Shown here piece by piece: positions 1-13,069 of a stretch of DNA of 64,000 nt. The notes under the pieces were generated by a model. It saw only the letters and a program-made list of their open reading frames with translations, did no database searches and was not told the origin of the DNA. The DNA lies in NCBI GenBank assembly GCA_965202585.1, contig OZ241829.1, positions 7,564,001 to 7,628,000 of the forward strand, written 5' to 3'. This stretch comes from Thalia democratica. Taxonomy: Eukaryota. The first letter of the stretch is position 1, and each line of letters starts with the position of its first letter. Made by a program: the position numbers and the translations under genes.

Positions 1-3000
1 TAATAAAGTATGTCACTTATACACAAACATTTTACACTGTAGTTTTAATTGCTTAGTGAATAAAAACATGATAATAAAACATTTACTTTAACAATGTGTC
101 TCTAAAAGTGTGCAAAGATTTAAAATTAACTGCTTAATTTTAAAGCTTGTAGCATTCAGAGTTACAACAAACAAAAGTACAGCTTGATTTTTAGCTCTAA
201 AATGGTAATTGAACATTTTACATTGTAATCTCTTTACAAATATTCATAACACATAAGTTTTGACATATAGAAAAGCTAATGAATAATAGTAATAGCTTTT
301 AGTTAATTTTGCACACTTTAGAAACTCTATAGGATAATTTATAATCTAAAATTTTAATTGTAATTAATTCATAATTTTATGACATGCATTTATAAACACC
401 ACTCTTCAATTCGAAAACTGTACTCTTTTAACCAAATTTCAGCTTAATTTGAATAAGATTAGAAACTAAGCAGCAAAAGCTGTTAATGTACTTTACTTGA
501 TATCAATTGAGTTTGAGCACTAATTTACACTAATGATATTCTATATTTACAAAAAAATGACAATATTTAATGAAACAATTATTTTTCAAGTATTTAAAAT
601 TGAGAAAGCACTACTAAAAAAATTAAGTTTTGGCAGCCCTGAAAAATAATCTTATATGACATTTATTATCTTAACATTAACTATTTTGTATAACATATAA
701 AGCACTTACCTCAGTAAGAGCAGTAAACCAAGAACAGACCTGATATTCAAATTGCCACAAGAAGGTTAGTGGCAACAAGGGTTGATATAGATGACTGCTG
801 TAGAAATAGAGATGCCCAATTTGTTTGTGCTTAATAAAAACTTTTCAGTGCAACTATGATTAAATAGAAACACATGATAACTCATGTAGCAGACTGCTGA
901 TTTGAGACACTTATTCACCATAAAGGTGAAGAATTTTCTCTGAAATCATGAAAAAAAAAAAGATAATTAATTATATGGTAAGAGTAGGAGACTGTTGGTT
1001 TGAGATACTTTTTCAACATAAAGAAAAGATTTTCCTCTGAAATCATAAAATATTAGATAAATAATCATATGATCAGAATAGAATACTGTTGATTCAAGAT
1101 ACTTTCAAAACATACAGACATTATTTACATTTCTTTTCTAGCATAAACAGTTTAAGTTTCAACTGTTAAAGACAATGCTAATATTTTTTTCAAACCAAGT
1201 AATTGATTTTATGTGTCTGCTTTTAGTACCTTTTATTACTTACAAAAAGGTAAACTCTAAAATGATTTATGAAAGTAAAGTAAAAAATGACAAGAGCTGC
1301 TACCAGTAACACAACATTTTACTAATGAATGCAATTTCATAAAAATTTCTGCATACAGAATTGAACATGACCATCACAATAAAGTAGAAGTCTGTTGATT
1401 TAAGACAATTTTTCAACATACAGGTAAAGACTTTTCTGTGAAGTTGTCAACAAAAAGAAAGTAAAACACAAGGTTATCACAACAAAGTCTGCTGATTTAA
1501 GACAGTTTTTCAACATACAGGTAAAGACTTTTCTGTGAAGTTGTCAACAAAAAGATAGTAAAACACAAGGTTATCACAACAAAGTAGAAGTCTGCTGATT
1601 TAAGACAGTTTTTCAACATACAGGTAAAGACTTTTCTGTGAAGTTGTCAACAAAAAGAAAGTAAAACACAAGATTATCACAACAAAGTAGAAGTCTGTTG
1701 ATTTAAGACAATTTTTCAACATACAGGTAAAGACTTTTCTTTGAAGTTGTAAACAAAAAGATAATTAAACACAAGATCATCACTATAAAGTAGAAGTCTG
1801 TTGATTTAAATCACTTTGGCAACATGCAGATGATGTAGATTTGTTTTGTGTTCTTTTTTTCAACCATAAACAGTTCAAGTTTCAACTTTTAAAGACAACT
1901 TTGATTTTTTTCATACTAAGTGATTGGTTTTGAATTGTATGTGCTTGTACTTTAAGTACATTTTATTACTTACAAAAACTTTTAAAAGAAAAACTCTAAA
2001 AATGCTTATGTAAAGAAAGTTTAAGTAAAAATTTGATGACCTACCACTCCTATGGAAACTTTCCTAAAATGGATTGCAATTTCTTAAAAAAATTCTGCAA
2101 ACAGAATTTTTGTATAATTACGTAACAAATAAAACTTGTGCAAAAAATTCACTTGGTGACATTCACGAGTTCTCTCTTCTCTCGCTTTGATAATTTTAAG
2201 CTAATTTTAAACTTTTAGCTATACTTTTTTTAAACCTTGGTTTTTTCAAAAATAAATTTTGCCATCATGTCGAGCACCGAATTCTGCTTCAAAAAACACC
2301 AAACACTTTATAAAAAGGATGAAAAATGAGCAAAATAGAACTTAAAAACTTCAAAGCTTTGAATTTTAATTTAAAGTTTTGTCAAACTTGTATCTCTTGT
2401 TCGAAAAGATTTAGAAACAATTAGCAGATACTAGTATTCGAACTATGTTCGTAACAAATATCTCTTCTATGTTTTTAATTTCAGCTTTAAACTTTTGTTT
2501 TACTTAAAGATTTACACTTGTATCTATTCATTAACTGCTTAAACAAAACATTACTTACATGTGTAAATATAAATGATTAAAATAGAGGTGCGATTTTAAT
2601 ACAGTTACAGTAAACTTTTGATTGATTAGTAAATTTTTTTCTAAACTACTTTTTATGGAAACTTGTTGGTTTTTGTACTTATTTATCAAAGTATACTTCA
2701 ATCTAGTAGATACTCTCAGTTGTGATAAGTATGTGGTTAAAAATTTATGCACACATTAAAGCTTAGCTTAATCTCAAAAACTCTGTACTTTTAATTTTGT
2801 CGTTTTTATTTGTACAACAGTTTATTTTTACATGACTTAAGTTTAGCACTATTTCTAAATTAAAATGTAAATGTAATGTTAGTATAATGTAAGTTACAAT
2901 AAAAAAAATTTCATCAAGTTTATAGACAACTGTAGAGTCTTTATTTGATGTGTACACTGACAAACTTATCTATATGATTTGACTGTATTTCTATGTATAG

Positions 3001-3845
3001 TCAAATAAATTGATAATGTAAACTTTTGGTACTTGTAAATACTGTTGTTTACTTAATTGACCTTTTCAAAATATTATTACATTCAAGTTGTTTGAATAAA
3101 TGCTTGTGAGCTGCAGAACAGTTGAACTAATTTAGCTCCAATAGAATCTTAAAATTGTAACACAAGTATTCAAAGTATTGTGTTTTTAAAATACATACTG
3201 TTCCTGATGGAAAAACCAGCACATTTTACCTATCATGTAACTTACATATAAACTGAGCTAAAACTTATTATGATACTTGAACAGGTATCATTCAAAAGTA
3301 AATACATGTGCACTTATTGCTAAATATAGTTTTTAACAAAAGGTGTTTCACTTTATCATAATTATTTCAGTATTATTTGTCAAGTTTCACTAAAGTAAAG
3401 ATTTAACTTTTTTTTATACTAAAACTTTTTTTATGTTTTTCATTTAAAACATAGTGATAAAAATGACCAATAATCTAACACTTTAAGCTAACAGCTAACA
3501 TTTACATTGAAAGCTACTGAAATTTAGTTGATAAAACTTATTGATTAGTGTAGTACTTATTTATAAATTAATGCTTAACTCTAGAATTAAAGAGAACATT
3601 TAGTTGCAATAAGTATGAGAATACACACTTATACAAACACCAATGTTTAGCTTAACTTTACAAACTATAATGGGACGTATCAAAACACTAACAATGCTGT
3701 TAAGCAAAGTAAAAAAACTTTAACCTGTTTTTAAACTTTTGTCTATGTTTTTTTAAAACCTTGTTTTACTTTTAAATAAATTTTACCACCATGTCGAGCA
3801 CCAAATCCTGCTTCAAAAAACACCAAACAGTTTATAAAAAGGATG
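1..3845. repeat. Segmental duplication block, direct paralog of 54517-57245
   Basis: Position 1 (taataaagtatgtcacttatacac) matches 54517 onward colinearly. The paralog lacks 2392-3337 and has fewer VNTR units. The block probably extends left of the window. Confidence 0.95.
885..1825. repeat. 103-bp VNTR (4 units plus a partial, 1381-1825), preceded by 3 older diverged units (about 885-1110)
   Basis: The unit aaagtagaagtctg(t/c)tgatttaagaca recurs at 1381, about 1484 (6-bp deletion), 1581, 1684 and 1787. Confidence 0.9.
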
Positions 3846-5160
3846 AAAAATGAGCAAAATAGAACTTTTAAAACTTATAAATACATTTTTTGCTTGTTTT
3901 AGAGAACATTTAAAAAATACATTTTTCAATAACATATGAGTTAAAAGTTAAAACTAATAGCAGATACTAATATATGAACTATGTTGATAACAAACATCTG
4001 TGCTACATTTTCAACTTCAGTTTTAAACTTCTGTTTAAATTTAAAAGTTTTGTATAAATAATTAAACGTACAAAAATAAAACAAACATTAAATGTAAAAC
4101 TATACAACTTGTTCACAATAATAAATGTATAACACAAGAGTATACGAACGAAAAAAATTATTAAAACAATATAAACCTTTTTACTTTATTTATTCAACAA
4201 ACAAAACTCAATTAAGTTGATTATTTTAGCACAACAATCAAAAACAAATGTTGATTGAAAATATTTTTTTATAGGTTTATTTTTGTTAACTTCCATTAGT
4301 ATAAACATTCAACTGCATAAGCACTTTAGTCAAATATTTTTATAATAAGAACAGCAAGTCTACCTAAGTGATAAAAACAAGCTAAAGTAGCTTTATCTGA
4401 AAACTAGACATAACTGTAAATATGGAAATTTATGCAAATTTTTGAGCAACAAAATTCAATGAAAATGAACAAGTAAGTTTTACTTTTGAAATTTTATTTA
4501 ACTTTTTTTTAAACCTTGTTTTTCTCAAAAATAAACTTTACCATCATGTCGAGCACCAAATTCTGCTTAAAAAAACACCAAACACTTTATAAAAAAGGTA
4601 AAAAATAAGCATAATAGAGCTAAAAAACTTCAAAGCTTTGAATTTAGACTATTTTGTAGCTTTGAGTATCTTTCAAACTTGCATGATATGAGTTAGAAAC
4701 AATTAGCAGGTGTTAGTACTCGAACTATGTTCATAGCCAATACCTCTGCTATGTTTTAAATTTCAGCTTTAAATTTTTGTTATATTTGTAATTGTTAATT
4801 AACTACTTAAAAGATCTTTATATGTAAATTTAAATGTTTCAATTCAAACTTTAATTTAATATTATAACCATAAATTTGAGATTGATAGTTTAGTTGGTGT
4901 AACTTACTATACAAATTTATTGATTCGTTTATTTATTTTTAAAGAGTGCTTCACTCTTATTTTTATGAGTTCATTAGTATCAAACACCTTAATAAAGACG
5001 TTGAGGCTTAGTTTAACTTTACAAACTATGTTTAACACATAACAAAAAACTAATGGATATATTACATTAAAAAAACTGTTAAAGAACAAATTATATCAAT
5101 ATACTCACACAAACTAAAGTAGCTTTTATCTAAAAACCATACCAAGTGTAGTCATTAAAA
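2225..5160. repeat. Degenerate array with roughly 750-bp period and a conserved core (catgtcgagcaccaaattctgctt)
   Basis: The core occurs at about 2265, 3790 and 4545. A downstream block gaactatgtt...ttcagctttaaa occurs at about 2440, 3976 and 4722. Confidence 0.75.
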
Positions 5161-5460
5161 CTATAAAATGTTTTATATAAACTATTTTGACACTTCTATT
5201 TCATACTTCACAGTTAAAATTAATGCACTTATAGTAACAAACTTTAGTTTTAAACATAAGTTTGTTAAACCACAAGTGCTTTTTTCTTTTTGTTTTACTT
5301 ATTACATTTTCTATATATTTTCATTTATTTGCTCTAAAACGGTTTTTGAACTATTTTTAACAACTGAAGGTTTCTTATAATATTATTAATGGTTTTTTTA
5401 TGAGTATTTGAAGAATGTTGGTTGAAAAATAAAAGATAGGATTGATTTTTATGAAATAGC

Positions 5461-6539
5461 CCATTTTGGAGTGCTTGGTTTTCACCTATTAAAGCCGTCG
5501 AACACGAGTATGGAAACAATGAGCGTGAAGCTTTCGACAGTCTGCACGACGCTGATGGGAAGTGTAACCACTTGGTCGAGGTTCTCAATGGTTTTACTAA
5601 TCACACTTTGGCTTGCCTGGTGTACCCGGTTTACGGCCCCAATCTGAGCAAGGCAATGGAGATTAATAAACAGCCGTTTAAAGCGCAAGAGGTTAGAATA
5701 ATGGCGAAACAGCTGATTGAAGCGGTGAATTTTCTTCACAAAAACGGAATGTTGCATTGCGATATCAAGCCAGAAAATATTTTATTAAACAGGTTAGTAG
5801 GACATAAGGACTTTACTTAATTATAATTTTTACTAATTAGGTGCATTTTTTACTGATCTTTATGATGTTTGTTTAAAACAACTTATAGCCGAGTTAAATG
5901 ACTTTTTTTTGTTTTTTTAACAATTTATTATACTAAAAATTTATATATATAATAATAAATCTTAAAATAGTATCTAAAGTATAACATTAAAAAAAACTTT
6001 TACTAAACAGGTTCTACTACGACCAGACTAAAATGTTTTCTTACTTTATGCCCGATATCAAACTCTGCGACCTTGGTTCTGTACGTTGGGAAAGAGATTT
6101 CAACTATGACGTCATAACAACACTTCAGTACCGCGCTCCTGACGTCATAATGGGCCATAAAATTGGGTATCCATGTGACGTTTGGTCGATCGGCTGCACT
6201 TTATACGAACTCTTCATAGGAGAAGTTCTCTTCGATGCATCGACGGTTCAGGAACTGCTCCGGATGATCCATTTTATGATAAAGAATTTTACTGGCGATG
6301 AAGTTGAAATGATAAACAGAAAACTCTCTGAAGACGGTGAAATTGTTGATGTTTTGAATGAGCAAGAGTTGGGACCCATAAAGGGCAAAACCTTGCTTTA
6401 CGAATCAAAGAAGATGCGTTCTTACACTAATAACCAAAATAGAGTTAAGTTATTGTGGAAACTAATAAATAGGATGATTGACCGAAATCCAGTATCAAGA
6501 GCAAACCTGAAAGACTTAGTTGAAGAAGAAGAAAATTAA
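5461..6539 (+). pseudogene. CLK-like kinase copy A, 5'-truncated (no Gly-rich loop found); exons 5461/5488-5792 and 6011-6539
   Basis: The open frame IKAVEHEYGNNEREAF...HCDIKPENILLNR splices (ag|gttagt ... aaacag|g) to FYYDQ...IKLCDLGS...QYRAPD...PCDVWSIGC. In-frame stops lie upstream of 5455. It could be a gene with an unrecognised upstream exon. Confidence 0.75.
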
Positions 6540-7793
6540 ATGGTATTTTTTCTATGTTAACTAAATATCAACAAAGGAAACTTAACTTTTTGTGTTTGTT
6601 TTCTGGACTACTCTTTTTTTTACTTTGTTGCACTTATTTTCACTTTAACTCAGTAGCTTTTTGTTTTCGTTACTGAGATGGAAAACCTTGTGTTATTTAT
6701 AAAATAAAAAAAAGTGGTTTTGTACGACTTGAAAACAAACTTTAGAAAGTTTATTTTTTTATCCTGCTTTTATATTTTTGTTTTCAGTAGTTTAACCCTT
6801 ATAGACAAAATTTGTAATTAAATTTGCTCGATTTGTAAAAATGTGTAGCCTACATTTATAAAACGTGTTCTTTAGATATTAAACGTATATTTTTAACTTC
6901 TTAAAAATTGATTAATAATTTTATATAGGACCTCAAAACAAAACAAAGCTACAAAACAGTGGAATTAAATTATAAATAAATTTTTTTAAAAACGTTTTCC
7001 GGAGTTTAATGAAGTAAGACAAAAATTATTTTAAATATTAGTATTTTAAAGTATGTCGCATCATAACTTTTTTGAAGGTCTTTTTGTTTTTAAATATGCA
7101 TTTATGGCAGCTTCTAAAATTACTTGTAGACCATAAGTTGCAAACTTGTTTTTCTTAGACGCTAAAATGTAAATGTTTTTCATAACTTCGAACTAGAAAT
7201 AAAAACAGACAATTATCTGATATAAATTTAAAAAAGAGATATAGTATTAAAGCTAACGTTTAAAAAATGTAAAATTCAGTAGTACACTGGTTAGTTAAAA
7301 ATAGAAACATATACTTTATATAATATAAAGTATATACATAAACATATTAACATATTTTTAACGGTCTATATTTCTTTTACTCCTTGGTTTCAGACGAGCG
7401 GTCGTTTATCGAAACAAAGTTATACAAACAAAGTTTAAAAAAAATAAGTTAGTGAAGAATAAAATAAATTGGCAATTGGTGTTTTTATAGCTAAAAAAAT
7501 TAATTAGAGCTTTTGTTTTACTTTGTACAATTTTTGTATACGTTCTACAAACAAACAAAATGTTTCAAGAATAACATTTATATCTTAAACACTACACTCT
7601 AAATTGCTGGGGACATATGGCACTAACTAAGTCTAATTATGAAAATGATTAATAGAATATAAACTATGTTGATGAGTAGATAGAAAGTATAATAGACAAT
7701 TATAATATCTATAAAAAATATTTTTTTTAAAACATTTTATGACGATTGTTTTTTCTACAGCTTTTGTAATCAATTAAGTTAAAAACACCTGTC

Positions 7794-8795
7794 ATGCATT
7801 CAGAGCCGAAGAAAAACAGTGAGAAAGTATTTCAATTCAGTATCCGATATGTTCCAGTATCTAGCAGTTCTACGACTAACCAAAATCCTGTAATCCAGCA
7901 AAACAGTGCCAACTTTCCTACACTGAATGAACAAACAAGCAGTATAATACGCTCTTATGAACGAAGTGATCATCGAATATTATTGATGTCCGATATACTA
8001 CTCGAAATGCTGGATATAGTAATAATATGATCCCTTCTGATCAACAAAGGGCTTACGAACAATATCGTATACAAAATTTAACAAATAACATGAACGGCGG
8101 ATTACCCCAACCAGCCAATAGCGGAATGAGGATATCGAGTGGTGTTGAAAATTACCCACATTTTACAGTTTCTTCTGACACTCCAAAAGACATTCTTTAA
8201 GTAGTTCTGCTCAGCTATTTTCTCCAAAATTTAATGGTATGAGACCTTATAAGACCAACCAAGCACCTTCTACGACAAATATCGCTCCTACAAAGTACTT
8301 GACTAATACTATTTAACTGCTTCTAGAAAAAATAGTACTTCAAACGTTTTTGGTCCTACACGCAGTTATGATCCACCTGTATCGAGATTTTTCGGAAGTT
8401 ACCTTCAAAAAGAACCTAACACCAGTAATTACAACTTGCTTATGCTCGATTTCAATCGTGTAAACTTCACTTTAAGCAGGGTCATAAGAAACCAGCAGTC
8501 AGATCACAGGCTATTGGAAGGACTCGAGCAGCAAGTAGACAGTAACCACAAAACGTATGAAAGTCGCTTTGATTTGCTTGATCAGAGTGCAGCTGATAGT
8601 CAAAACTGTTTTGGTAACATTGTCAAGCGCTTTGACTATTTTGATAAACTTCATGATGATGCAAAAGGCGAAAGAACGCAAAGGTGCTCAACCATTGCAA
8701 GTGTGTTACAAGTCGTTTTTCTAATTGCTATAATTGTGTTATTGTCTGTACAGTTGTACTACATTAATCAGCTCTTCTCTAGTTTCTCTGAATAA
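7794..8795 (+). pseudogene. MHS-family copy M1, frameshifted
   Basis: Homologous to M3 from start to stop. Three frameshifts (about 7970, 8190, 8310) and a premature stop at 8028-8030. Confidence 0.85.
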
Positions 8796-10759
8796 TCTTT
8801 ATAAACTAGTTACAGACTTTTCTCTGAGCTCTTCTTTTTACTGTGTTACTTTTATAAATTATTTTGAGTATTTTTTTCACACGCTTTAAATTTATATATG
8901 TGTACATATTTTACTTTTTAAGTTGTTTATTCAGCGGTTCAAGTTTAATAAGTATTTATAAAATTGAAAAGTTAGTATACTATATTACTTTTGAGTTTAT
9001 AAAAATTAATTGGTATCAGCATTAAACTGAAAAAAAAAACTAACAATAGCGTAAATAAATAAACTAGAAAAAATAACTCTTTTTAAAATCGACATTTGAA
9101 CATTTTTTGTGCCCTCATAACCTTTTGAAAACTGTTTTTAGGTTGGTGGACTAATATTCTAATTATGCACAATTTAGTTTTAACGTCTCATTTTATATTA
9201 GTAGTTAAGTATAAATTAATTTATTACCGTGTTTATAAGTATTAAATATATACCAAACGTCAAAAATAAATTTTAAGTGTACTGTTTGCGGTTTTTGAAA
9301 ATTATTAAGGTATTCTTATTGTGTACATATAGTTAATTCGTGATTTTTAAATTGTTATGTTTTTTCCTTTTAATTTAGCTTTTCATAGTTTTCATAGTAG
9401 AATTGATTCGTATAAAATTTTTCCAATATTATCAATGTAATATAATGATTGTAGGACTAGTTATCTTTTTTCACCAAAGTCTAAAGCTATAGCAAAATGT
9501 TTTTGTTAATATTGAACGAAATAACGAGAGCTTTAACAGCATGACACATAATTAGCTAAATAGTAAAAATTTCTAATAAAAAAACTCTAAAATCATTTTG
9601 TTCAAACAATTTTGAAAAATTTAATAACACAAAATAGATTATTCATGTTTTTATTGGTTTTTAAAAACTTTGTTAAAATGTTATATATAAAAAGCATTTA
9701 ATTTCATCAATACGAGTTAATTTAAGTTAAACTGATAGGATTAAAGCATTTAACGAGTTAAAAATTTTTTAAGTACAATGAAAATAACGCATAAAAAATG
9801 TAGTCAAAAAACTTCATGTGTTGAAAGACTTTTTTATCATCTAGTTACGCACCAAGTAATTACTTTATCATTATTGTTTTATAAAAGTACTATTAAACAT
9901 GTAATTTTGTATTAAAAAATAATTAGAATACATAACTATATATCATAAGAAAAACAATGTACAAAACGATATTTAGTTTTGATTAAATTTACATGAAAAT
10001 TTAAGTGGTTTGATAACTAGTAAAGTTAGCTTAGCTTAAACTAATTACTTATGCCTAGTAAATTGTTTTGAGTTGTAAATATTTATCTTAACCTATAACA
10101 AAAAAATACACTTACGTAAGTTAACAAGAAAAACGCAATAAAATTGCTTATTAGAACACTTTTAAAAAAGACAATAAATACATAATGTCCCATAAAAAAG
10201 AACAACCAAAGCTACCAGTAATTATTTAACAGAACCATTTTAAGTAAACAAACCACCAATGTGTATTAAATTTTACACTTTAATTTTAAATATTTTTCAC
10301 TAATATTGTTATATGACTTTTCAAATTTGGACAATTAAAATTCTGCCTATTAAAACTCCAAAAAAAAAGTAAAGGGCCACAGCTCAAAAAGTTATATATG
10401 ATACAAAAGCGTTTGTAGGTACAACTGCAATTTATAAAAAAAAAACATCTTCATTTTCAATAAAAGTGCTGATGGAAAATATCATAAAATTACTATAGAA
10501 CACTATTTTTTAATCCTTGTTGTAGCATTATTTAAACAAAATATTAATATTTTTACAGTTTTTTAGGTAATAATTACAGATATATACACATATATTTTTC
10601 AAATATATTTAACGTTTGAGTTGTCGACTTTTTTAACGTTAAATTCAAAACGAATGCTTAACACTTTTTATTAATGATTTACAGTAGTTTCTCTAAAAAT
10701 AAAAGTTAATTTTCATTATCATTTGATTTTAAAAAACAATAAAATTAATATGCTTCAGT

Positions 10760-10960
10760 ACGGAGTTTGGCGAATTTCGACCCGCATAAACTTTAGGTAT
10801 TTAGTCATATCTATATTGTTCTTTTTACTTTTAAACCGCTAATGCAGTAGACTAATGGTTGAACTGCTCACATCAAAAGCTTTAACAATTCTCTTGTTCG
10901 CTTGTGTATAAACTTCTGCTTATTTTGATCTTTTATTTCAACCGATAATCAATCTCAAGC
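10760..10960 (-). mobile_element. Possible Tc1/mariner transposase N-terminal HTH relic
   Basis: The minus strand gives LSVEIKDQ and, in another frame, RIVKAFDVSSSTISLLH*RFK, which resembles the Tc1 helix-turn-helix. The frame is broken. Confidence 0.3.
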
Positions 10961-12190
10961 ATGAAATTTTTATTTAAATGAAAAAAAAAACACTGTGGCG
11001 TTGTTTTTAAGTAAAACTAACTCGTTCTACGCAAAAGGCTGTTGATTAGGCTGCTGATAAATGCGGCGATCATTGAGTTTTCTGCTGAAGTTATACCATA
11101 CAACCACCTTGTGCAAAATTTAGCTGATTTTTAAACGTTTTTATAGACGTGATAAAAAGTGATAAAAGTTACGTAAAATCAAAAAGCTCCTCAAGCCACC
11201 GAAGCCACCCCACTGTTTATTGTTTTTTATTTTCTTACGAATCAATATTACGATAGGAAGGCATAATGAGGTATAAGATATTGAAAAATCAGTAAGTATT
11301 TTTTGTTGTAAAATTAATTTTTTGTTTGAAAACTAAAATACTTCGAATTATGCTTAAAGTAAAACCTGGTATTAATGTAAAATACAATTTTAATTAGTTA
11401 AGTAACGATTGATTTTTTATCAAACGATTATTAACAGCTATACAGTTTATAAAAAATAGTATAGATATTTTATAACATAAAGCACATCTGTTCTCTTTAT
11501 TAAAAAAGCGCTTCTAAGTTTATTAATTTTAGCCAGTATATAAAAAAATTAATTTTGTGCTTCGTAATCAGTTGTAAGTTACTTTCAAGACTGTAGAAAT
11601 CAACAGTAAGTATAGATTTCAGCATAAGTTAACATTATAGACCACAAACATTGTTAAAATAAGATTGTTCTATAACATATTTAATTCTAAGAGCTTAGTC
11701 ATTTAAACTTTTTCGACCATATTTAGGCGTTATAACAAAAGTTTATCAAACTTTAATTTATACGTATGTTGAAAAAAATTAGATTTTAAATAAACAAAAT
11801 TATATAAATTATATTATTAAGTTAACAAATACACAACGAAATTCAGTAAAATCAATCATAACTTTTACTCATAAATATTTTGTCATTTAGTAGTATATAG
11901 TCAAATATAAGTCACACGTTATATAATACAGTGCTTATTAGTTGATCTTCAGTACAACTTTTTTATTAAATACCTAACAAATTTTGAAAAAATTACTTTT
12001 TATAAATAAACCATACCGTACTTGTGTAGTTATAAAGGTCTGTTAATTGTAGTATAATAAGTAGAAATATTTTATAAGTAAAAAAAATACAGTTTACTAT
12101 CATAATAATTGTAAGTGTTTTCTTTGAATATTTTCAAAATAATGTTTGTTCTTGCAGCTTTTGTATTTGATTTAATTTAAAACACCTGTC

Positions 12191-13069
12191 ATGCATTCAG
12201 AGCCGAAGAAAAACAGTGAGAAAGGTTTTCAATCCATAACCCGGTATGTTCCAGTATCTAACAGTTCTACAACTAATCAAAATCCTGGGGTCCAGCAAAA
12301 TAGTGTGATTGTTCCTACACTGAAGCAGTTTTCTGAACCAACAAGCAGTATAATACGCTTTGATGCATTAAGTGCTTCAACATCCTCAAATGTTATTCAC
12401 TCTAGTGGACAATATTCTACTCAAAATAATGGATCTGGAAACAGTATGATGAAGGGCGGAGTGCCTCAACCAACAAACTGTGTGATGAAAACGTCTTTAC
12501 CGAGTGGTGTTAACTGTCATCCGTCTTCTACAATTTCTTCTGACGCAAATAGCATTGCTCCATTACTTGCTGCAAGTTCTAGTGATTCGCGGTCAATAAA
12601 CACGGTTGCAAATCAAGTACCTTCTACATCAAATTTAGTTCCTATGAACTACTCGGCTAACAATGACTTGTCAAACTATGAAAGTTACATACGAAGAGGT
12701 TATCAACCGATTCAGTCCCACCCTATCGATGACGACACCACTAACCGTCTATCAATATTTCGTTTCAACCTCTTAAACTCCACATTGAACGAAGTTGTAA
12801 GAAACGAGCACACAGTTCTCAATCGGTTAAATGATATTGAACGGCAAATAAATGACAACCAAGAGGCGAATGTGAGATGTTTTAATTTGCTGAATCAGAG
12901 TGCATTTAGTATACAGAACTGTTTTGATAGACGTTTTGATGATCTTTATAAAAAGTACAAGAAATATCTAACGGTTGCATTTATTGTTGGTATAATCTTG
13001 GTTATTTTCTCTTTTGTATTAATTATAATGTCGGCTGCACAGTTGTACTATATAAATCAGCTGTTATAA
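12191..13069 (+). CDS. MHS-family copy M2, 292 aa, intact; predicted tail-anchored coiled-coil membrane protein
   Basis: Single-exon ORF starting MHSEPKKNSEK. Ser/Asn-rich middle, heptad region LNEVVRNE...FDDL, hydrophobic C-terminus LTVAFIVGIILVIFSFVLIIMSAAQLYYINQLL. Confidence 0.85.
   Translation: MHSEPKKNSEKGFQSITRYVPVSNSSTTNQNPGVQQNSVIVPTLKQFSEPTSSIIRFDALSASTSSNVIHSSGQYSTQNNGSGNSMMKGGVPQPTNCVMKTSLPSGVNCHPSSTISSDANSIAPLLAASSSDSRSINTVANQVPSTSNLVPMNYSANNDLSNYESYIRRGYQPIQSHPIDDDTTNRLSIFRFNLLNSTLNEVVRNEHTVLNRLNDIERQINDNQEANVRCFNLLNQSAFSIQNCFDRRFDDLYKKYKKYLTVAFIVGIILVIFSFVLIIMSAAQLYYINQLL

Noticed and set aside
1381-1825. 14-nt micro-exons (cacag|aaaagtctttacct|gtatgt) on the minus strand of each 103-bp unit
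   Set aside because: The length is not frame-preserving and the donor decays in older units. Such motifs are common in AT-rich DNA.
2415-2500. Short minus-strand ORF KQKFKAEI...SANCF repeated in the array
   Set aside because: The third unit has internal stops, and the substitution pattern looks neutral.
2555-5380. Short ORF-track entries at 2555, 2763, 4907 and 5168
   Set aside because: Low-complexity F/I/L/K/N translations of AT-rich DNA with no motifs or splice support. The same holds for 16877, 26255, 28352, 34523, 40251, 40417, 40833 and 48909.
5404-5440. VFEECWLKNKR as the missing kinase beta-2 strand
   Set aside because: Spacing to the catalytic Lys is about twice that in B and D, three stops intervene, and no Gly-rich loop precedes it.
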